Origin: an uncultured Erysipelothrix sp.
Lineage (GTDB): Bacteria > Bacillota_I > Bacilli_A > Erysipelotrichales > Erysipelotrichaceae
Direction: 5' to 3'
Length of the DNA: 32,984 bases
Assembly: GCA_964601525.1 (NCBI GenBank)
Contig: CAZRNT010000001.1
Coordinates: 1-32,984 of the forward strand
Positions 27,279 to 32,984 of the stretch are shown one piece after another (position 1 is the first letter of the stretch; the number at the start of each line of letters is the position of its first letter). The notes below the pieces were generated by a model. It did not search any database. It was given only the letters and a program-made list of their open reading frames with translations, and was not told the DNA's origin. The position numbers and the translations under genes are program-made.

Positions 27279-28900
27279 TGAAAACTTTAACAGCAGATTT
27301 ATTTTTAGAGATGTTAGAGAATGGTGCTAACAATCTAGCAAACAATCATCAAATTATAAATGCACTGAACGTCTTTCCAGTGCCAGATGGTGATACCGGT
27401 ACAAATATGAATTTAACCTTCACTAATGGTTTAAACGATGCTAAAAAAGTAATGAGTTCAAATTTAGGTGAAGTTTCTAAAGCTTTATCTCGAGGTTTAC
27501 TCATGGGAGCACGTGGTAATTCAGGTGTTATCTTGTCACAAATCTTTAGAGGTTTTGCTCAAGGAGTGGAAGGTTTAAAAGAGGCAGATGTTAAACAAGT
27601 CGCTGTTGCTTTTCAAAATGGAAAAGATGCAGCCTATAAAGCTGTTATGCGTCCAGTAGAAGGTACAATCCTAACAGTTTTACGTGAAAGTTCACAAGAA
27701 GCATATGATTATGTATTAAAAAATCCCAACATATCAATGCTTGATTATTTTGAATATCTTGTTAAAAGAGCTAATATTTCTTTAGAAAACACACCAGAAC
27801 TTCTTCCAGTTTTAAAGGAAGTTGGTGTTGTGGATAGTGGTGGTAAGGGTTATGTAACCGTCCTTGAAGGTTTCTTGGCAAGTCTTAAAGGTGAAACCAT
27901 TGAAAGAATGAATGCTGATGAGCAAGCTGAACAAGCTGCAGAATTCATTGATCATGAAGAATTTGGTTACTGTACTGAATTCATTTTGCGACTTGAAGAA
28001 GATGCAATGAAGCACTATGATGAGAATAAATTTAGAAAAGATTTGGAAGATTTAGGAAATTCTCTTGTTGTTGTTACGGATGAGGACTTAGTTAAGGTTC
28101 ATGTTCATACATTGACTCCAGGAAACGCATTGAATCTTGGACAACAATATGGTGAATTCGTTAAATTAAAAATTGAAAATATGACTGAGCAACATAATTC
28201 TTTAACAGATCATCATGAATTAGTTAAAGAGGAAATGAAACATGAGAAATATGCCATTGTTTCAGTTGCTGCGGGTAAAGGAATTGTTTCTTTATTTGAA
28301 GACTTAAGAGCTAAGTATATTATAAGTGGTGGTCAAACAATGAATCCTTCGACTGAAGACTTCGTTGCAAAGATTGAAAAAATTGATGCCGATCATATAT
28401 TTGTTTTACCAAACAATTCAAATATCTTAATGGCTGCTAAGCAAGCACAGGAAATTCTCAGTGATAAAGACATTCATGTTTTAGAAACAAAAACAATACC
28501 ACAAGGTTTATCAGCATGTGTAATGTTTAATCCTGATTCTGATATCAAAGAGAACTTAATCGACATGCAAGATGCTATTGATCATACAAAAACTGGTCAA
28601 GTAACTTATGCGATTAAAGACACAGTCTTTGAATCAATGGAAATTAAGAAAGATCATTTCATGGGTATTCTTGAAAAGGATATTGTTGTTACAGATCCTG
28701 ACAAATTACAAGCAAGTAAAATGCTTTGTGATAAATTAATTGATGAGGACAAAGAACTTGTCACCTTGATTTCAGGTGAAGGTGTAAGTGAGGCTGAACT
28801 TGAGGAGCTTAGCTCATACATTGAAGAAAATTTCGATGTTGAAGTTGAAGCGGTTCAAGGGGGACAACCAGTCTATGCCTTCATTATTGGAGCAGAGTAG
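27278..28900 (+). CDS. fakA: Fatty acid kinase catalytic subunit FakA (DAK2 domain, YloV)
   Basis: LNVFPVPDGDTGTNM, GARGNSGVILSQ, PVEGTILTV, VDSGG, YCTEF, KVHVHT, GGQTMNPS. Confidence 0.93.
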   Translation: MKTLTADLFLEMLENGANNLANNHQIINALNVFPVPDGDTGTNMNLTFTNGLNDAKKVMSSNLGEVSKALSRGLLMGARGNSGVILSQIFRGFAQGVEGLKEADVKQVAVAFQNGKDAAYKAVMRPVEGTILTVLRESSQEAYDYVLKNPNISMLDYFEYLVKRANISLENTPELLPVLKEVGVVDSGGKGYVTVLEGFLASLKGETIERMNADEQAEQAAEFIDHEEFGYCTEFILRLEEDAMKHYDENKFRKDLEDLGNSLVVVTDEDLVKVHVHTLTPGNALNLGQQYGEFVKLKIENMTEQHNSLTDHHELVKEEMKHEKYAIVSVAAGKGIVSLFEDLRAKYIISGGQTMNPSTEDFVAKIEKIDADHIFVLPNNSNILMAAKQAQEILSDKDIHVLETKTIPQGLSACVMFNPDSDIKENLIDMQDAIDHTKTGQVTYAIKDTVFESMEIKKDHFMGILEKDIVVTDPDKLQASKMLCDKLIDEDKELVTLISGEGVSEAELEELSSYIEENFDVEVEAVQGGQPVYAFIIGAE

Positions 28901-28901
28901 T

Positions 28902-28929
28902 ATAAAAGGGCAAGAGCCCTTTTATTTTT
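28902..28929 (+). terminator. Intrinsic terminator between fakA and recG
   Basis: ATAAAAGGGC-aaga-GCCCTTTTAT followed by TTTT. Confidence 0.75.
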
Positions 28930-28930
28930 C

Positions 28931-30874
28931 ATGAAATTAACGGATAAACAAAGTAGAATAATTTTAGATTTAGAGTATAAGTCCCCGGCTCAATTTCTAT
29001 TTCACTTCCCAAATCGTTATGATATTAGTGAGAATAAAGCGTATGATGATTGGGAAATAGGAGATAAAATTAGCATAAAAGCTAAATTAGCATCTCCTTT
29101 TCGTCATGTTTATTTTGCTAGAAATCGTGCAGTAACGAATTTCGCAATTGAATATGATGGTCAAATCGTGCGCGTATCCATCTTCAATCGTCCTTATTTA
29201 AAAACAAATCACTATCAAGATGGAATTATTATCAATGGAACTGTAGAGAAGGATAATAAGGTACTAGCTCAATCAGTACAAAAAGTTGAAGAACTCCCAT
29301 CAATTGTAATTAAACCGGTTTACTCAAGTAAACAACATATACGACAATATGAAATTCAAAGGTTAATGAGGAAACTGCTTGATGAAATTACATTAAAAGA
29401 TGTAGTTCCAGAAACGCTTCAAAAGCAAAGAAATTTAATGAAAAGATCTGAAGCAATGGAGTATATACATTTTCCAGATAGTAAAGAACATTTAGAAAAA
29501 GCCCTTTATACAATTAAATATGAAGAATTTCTTATGTATCACCTTAAAAATCTATATTCAGAGTCTTTTAATAAAGAGGGTATTTCTAGAAATATTAAAG
29601 AAAACTCTCATATAAAAGATTTGCCCTTTAAGCTGAGAGAGGATCAAGTTTTGGCTTATAAAGAAATTAGTGAAGATTTAAATAGTAATCATAAAATGAA
29701 TCGCTTGTTGCAAGGTGATGTTGGTAGTGGTAAAACAATTGTTGCTTTTTTACTTGCTTTAGCAATGATGGATGCATCTTATCAAGTAGCATTTATGGTT
29801 CCAACTGATTTATTGCTGCATCAACATGCAAATAATTTTAAAGAACTTTTCCCTAATATTGAATTCGCTATTTTAAATCAAAACAGTGATGAATCTGTGT
29901 ATGAAAAATTGAAAAACAATGAAGTGAAATTTGTGATCGGAACTCATTCCTTATTTCAAGATCGTTGTGAATTTGCAAATTTAGGGATGGTTATTATTGA
30001 TGAGCAACATCGTTTTGGAGTTAAACAAAGAAATCAATTAATCAACAAAGGAAAAGATGTGGATGTTTTAATGCTTTCCGCAACGCCTATACCTCAAACT
30101 CTTGCCCATAGTTTGTTTTTAAATCTTGATGTAAGTACTTTAAATCATAGCCGAGAAAATAAGGTCGATACTTATTATGTCAAAGAAAATTCAATTCAAT
30201 CTATTCAAAAGAACTTAGAAAATTCTTTGCGGAATAAGGAACAAATTTATGTTGTTTGTCCTGCAATTGAAGAGGGTGAAAGAGAAGGAATTAAGAATGT
30301 TGAGGAGATTCACTACCACTTATCTCGTGAATTTTCAATGTTTAATGTGACGATGTTACATGGTAGAATGAATGCAGAGGAAAAAGCTGCTATTTTGAAT
30401 GACTTTTCTTCAGGAAAAATTGATGTCTTAGTCAGTACTTCAGTTATTGAAGTTGGAATTGATGTTCATAATGCCAATACAATTGTCATTTATAATGCTG
30501 AGCAATTTGGTTTAGCGACATTACATCAAATGAGAGGTCGTGTTGGTCGTGGAACTGAGCGTGGATCTTGTTATTTATTAAGTTCCAAAGATAACGAAGA
30601 AAATATTGAACGTCTTGAAGCATTAGTTAAGTACGATGATGGATTTAAATTAAGTGAGATTGATTTGAAACAAAGAGGAATGGGTGATCTTTTAGGTTTA
30701 AGACAATCAGGTCTACCGCAATTCTACTTGGCAAATATTTTTGATGACATAGAAATTCTAGAAACAAGTAAAAAGGATGCTGAATATTTAATAGAAAATT
30801 TGGATGAATTTACAGCATTAAAAGCACATGTAGAAAAACTTGTTGAAAATAAAATAAAGGAGAATTCACAATGA
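28931..30874 (+). CDS. recG: ATP-dependent DNA helicase RecG
   Basis: RLLQGDVGSGKT, IIDEQHRFG, SATPIP, HQMRGRVGRG, TRG motif DGFKLSEIDLKQRG...RQSG. Confidence 0.95.
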   Translation: MKLTDKQSRIILDLEYKSPAQFLFHFPNRYDISENKAYDDWEIGDKISIKAKLASPFRHVYFARNRAVTNFAIEYDGQIVRVSIFNRPYLKTNHYQDGIIINGTVEKDNKVLAQSVQKVEELPSIVIKPVYSSKQHIRQYEIQRLMRKLLDEITLKDVVPETLQKQRNLMKRSEAMEYIHFPDSKEHLEKALYTIKYEEFLMYHLKNLYSESFNKEGISRNIKENSHIKDLPFKLREDQVLAYKEISEDLNSNHKMNRLLQGDVGSGKTIVAFLLALAMMDASYQVAFMVPTDLLLHQHANNFKELFPNIEFAILNQNSDESVYEKLKNNEVKFVIGTHSLFQDRCEFANLGMVIIDEQHRFGVKQRNQLINKGKDVDVLMLSATPIPQTLAHSLFLNLDVSTLNHSRENKVDTYYVKENSIQSIQKNLENSLRNKEQIYVVCPAIEEGEREGIKNVEEIHYHLSREFSMFNVTMLHGRMNAEEKAAILNDFSSGKIDVLVSTSVIEVGIDVHNANTIVIYNAEQFGLATLHQMRGRVGRGTERGSCYLLSSKDNEENIERLEALVKYDDGFKLSEIDLKQRGMGDLLGLRQSGLPQFYLANIFDDIEILETSKKDAEYLIENLDEFTALKAHVEKLVENKIKENSQ

Positions 30875-31551
30875 CAGTTTTTGATTTTTTAGACAAAATT
30901 AAAGTGCCATATAAAGATAAAAAATTAATTGAAAATGCATTTATTCACGCATCCTATGTCAATGAGTCTAAGGAAGTTTTGGAAGATAATGAGCGTTTAG
31001 AATTTATGGGGGATGCTGTTTTACAAATTCTTGTTTCTGAAAGATTATACAAACATAATGATCATTTAAACGAAGGGGAAATGACTTTGTATCGGGCAAA
31101 GTTGGTCTGTGAAGAAGCTTTACTTAATTACACTTTACAACTTGGTTTAAGCGATTATTTAATGTTGGGTATGGGAGAGGAAAAAAACGGCGGTCGTGAA
31201 CGTGCTTCAATTTTAGCTGATTTATTTGAAAGTTTTGTTGGTGCAGTTTATTTAGACACAGGTCTTGATTCCGTTAATAAAATTTTAGATTTGGTCTTAG
31301 AAGAAGAAATGAAAAACCTAGATGATCTAGCAATTACAGATTATAAAACAAAACTTCAAGAATACATTCAGTCAGATTCTAGACGTTCGGTGACTTATGA
31401 ACTTCTAAGTATGTCTGGTCCTTCTAATGCTCCAAAATTTGAGGTTGTAGTGAAAGTAGATGATCTTGTGTTTGGACATGGAGAAGGTACTTCAAAGAAA
31501 AGAGCTGAACAGAATGCAGCTCAAGATGCCTTTAAGAAATTAGTAAAATAG
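30871..31551 (+). CDS. rnc: Ribonuclease III
   Basis: NERLEFMGDAVL, ADLFESFVGAVYLD, dsRBD DYKTKLQE...SKKRAEQNAA. Confidence 0.96.
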   Translation: MTVFDFLDKIKVPYKDKKLIENAFIHASYVNESKEVLEDNERLEFMGDAVLQILVSERLYKHNDHLNEGEMTLYRAKLVCEEALLNYTLQLGLSDYLMLGMGEEKNGGRERASILADLFESFVGAVYLDTGLDSVNKILDLVLEEEMKNLDDLAITDYKTKLQEYIQSDSRRSVTYELLSMSGPSNAPKFEVVVKVDDLVFGHGEGTSKKRAEQNAAQDAFKKLVK

Positions 31552-31564
31552 TGGGAGGATTAGA

Positions 31565-32984
31565 TTGAAAGAATTATTAACGAAGATTAAATTAGAAGAA
31601 AATTATGTACAAGAACTTGAAAATCTAGAAATCCTCAAAGTGATTTATGACAAGAGTAATGCTGTTTTAAATATAAAAGTTCAATCAAAATCTACAATTT
31701 CATATAAAGCTTACGAGTCTATGATTAGTGCAATAGAACATTATGTTTTAACAGAAGTACAAATTACTGTTTCTTGTGAATCCTGTGATTTGGATTTTTC
31801 AAATTTAAATATGTATTTAGAATATTGTGTTCAAAAAGAGTCTCTTAATGCAATGAGGGATGTAACACTTCAAGTCAATGGTGATATTAAATTACTGTGC
31901 CTTGATGAAAATCATAAACTATTAGTTGAAGAAGAAATTCCTTTTTTGAAAAAAGCTATGTCTGAGTGTGGAATTAATTTGGAACTGATTGCTAGTCTAG
32001 CAGAACATAAAAGTGAAACATTAAGTGTTAAAGCAGAAGTGGTACCTAAAAGAATTGTTAGTCCAAAGCCACAAACAGTTAATCGTAGTCCTAGACGTCG
32101 TTCAAAAAAAGATCAATATCAAGATGTGCAATTAGATTTATTACAAACAGAAGCACAATTTGTTGCTGTTGTGGGTGAAATATTTAAAGTAGATGTTCGT
32201 GAAACTAGAACTGGAAATTTTTTAGTGAAGTACGGAATTCATAATGGGAAGTCTGCTTTAATGGCAATGGAATTTTTAGAAGATTCAAGTGAAATATTGA
32301 AAAAAGGTCAAAGCGTAAAGTTTTATGGCCATTTTATCTACGAAGCTCGTTTTGACAAAGATTTTATTTTACAAATTCATCAATATGATTTGTTAGATTC
32401 TCTTTTTGAGCGTCAAGATACAGCGCAAGAGAAGAGAATTGAATTCCACCTTCATACAAACAAATCTGATATGGATGGTGTCAGTGATGTTAGCGAATAC
32501 CTTGATCAAGCTTTTGCTTGGAAACATCCAGGTTTTGTTATCACTGATCATGGTGGTGTACAGTCTTTCCCTAAAGCTTACCGTCATCTTCAATCATTAA
32601 GAAAATCTAATCCTGATCAAGATTTCAAACTTGCTTATGGGGTAGAGATGAATCTTGTTGATGAAGAATTACATATAGTTCGTCAAGTTCAAGAAAGACA
32701 ACTTCATCAAGGTGATTACATTGTATTTGACCTTGAAACTACTGGATTATCAGCATATTACGATGAAATTATTGAATTTGGTGCAATCCGAATCATTAAC
32801 GGAAAAACAGTAGATAAGATGCAAATGTTCATTAAACCTAAAAGAAGTGTTAAACCGTTTATTCAAGAACTGACAAACATCAGCGATGATGATTTAAAGG
32901 ATGCACTTCCAATTGAAGAAGCAATTGATGAAATTTTAGATTTCATTAAAGATGATGTTTTAGTTGCTCATAATGCAGGATTTG
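31565..32984 (+). CDS. polC: DNA polymerase III PolC, 3'-truncated by window edge (absent from the ORF track because it has no stop)
   Basis: TTG 31565 after SD GGGAGG. In-frame PHP motifs EFHLHTNKSDMDG, ITDHG and YGVEM, then exonuclease VFDLETTGLS, EIIEFGA and VAHNA. Confidence 0.93.
   Translation, partial: MKELLTKIKLEENYVQELENLEILKVIYDKSNAVLNIKVQSKSTISYKAYESMISAIEHYVLTEVQITVSCESCDLDFSNLNMYLEYCVQKESLNAMRDVTLQVNGDIKLLCLDENHKLLVEEEIPFLKKAMSECGINLELIASLAEHKSETLSVKAEVVPKRIVSPKPQTVNRSPRRRSKKDQYQDVQLDLLQTEAQFVAVVGEIFKVDVRETRTGNFLVKYGIHNGKSALMAMEFLEDSSEILKKGQSVKFYGHFIYEARFDKDFILQIHQYDLLDSLFERQDTAQEKRIEFHLHTNKSDMDGVSDVSEYLDQAFAWKHPGFVITDHGGVQSFPKAYRHLQSLRKSNPDQDFKLAYGVEMNLVDEELHIVRQVQERQLHQGDYIVFDLETTGLSAYYDEIIEFGAIRIINGKTVDKMQMFIKPKRSVKPFIQELTNISDDDLKDALPIEEAIDEILDFIKDDVLVAHNAGF

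Noticed and set aside
1-32984. CRISPR arrays, IS/prophage, tRNA/rRNA, defence or retron-like systems, genetic code 4
   Set aside because: No repeat-spacer periodicity, transposase, integrase or reverse transcriptase was seen. Intergenic gaps are short and explained, and TGA acts as a stop at expected gene ends.

Overview
AT-rich (roughly 30% GC by eye), gene-dense core-chromosome segment of a low-GC Firmicute. It is most consistent with Erysipelotrichaceae (Erysipelothrix-like): code 11, murG/divIB present, NadD-YqeK fusion, short Smc, and no fab genes between recG and rnc. Nearly all genes are on the + strand: parE(partial)-parC | yqeH-yhbY-nadD/yqeK-rsfS-yqeM-mtnN | orphan membrane-anchored thioredoxin-like gene (-) | smc-ftsY-ylxM-ackA-nrnA | dnaE-response regulator-histidine kinase | PgdA-like deacetylase (-) | L21 leader-rplU-prp-rpmA | obgE-ruvA-ruvB-murG-divIB-yloU-fakA | recG-rnc-polC(partial, not in the ORF track). 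I found no mobile element, CRISPR array, tRNA/rRNA or defence island, and I cannot support a wholly new multi-gene system. Best leads: (1) ParC has Leu at the quinolone-determining Ser position; (2) an orphan SxxS thioredoxin-like membrane protein has a consensus cre site over its predicted start site, in a divergent promoter shared with the ackA-containing operon; (3) three exported domains carry paired cysteines, hinting at oxidative folding; (4) several signs of reductive evolution (short Smc, displaced ffh with divergent FtsY, missing fab block).
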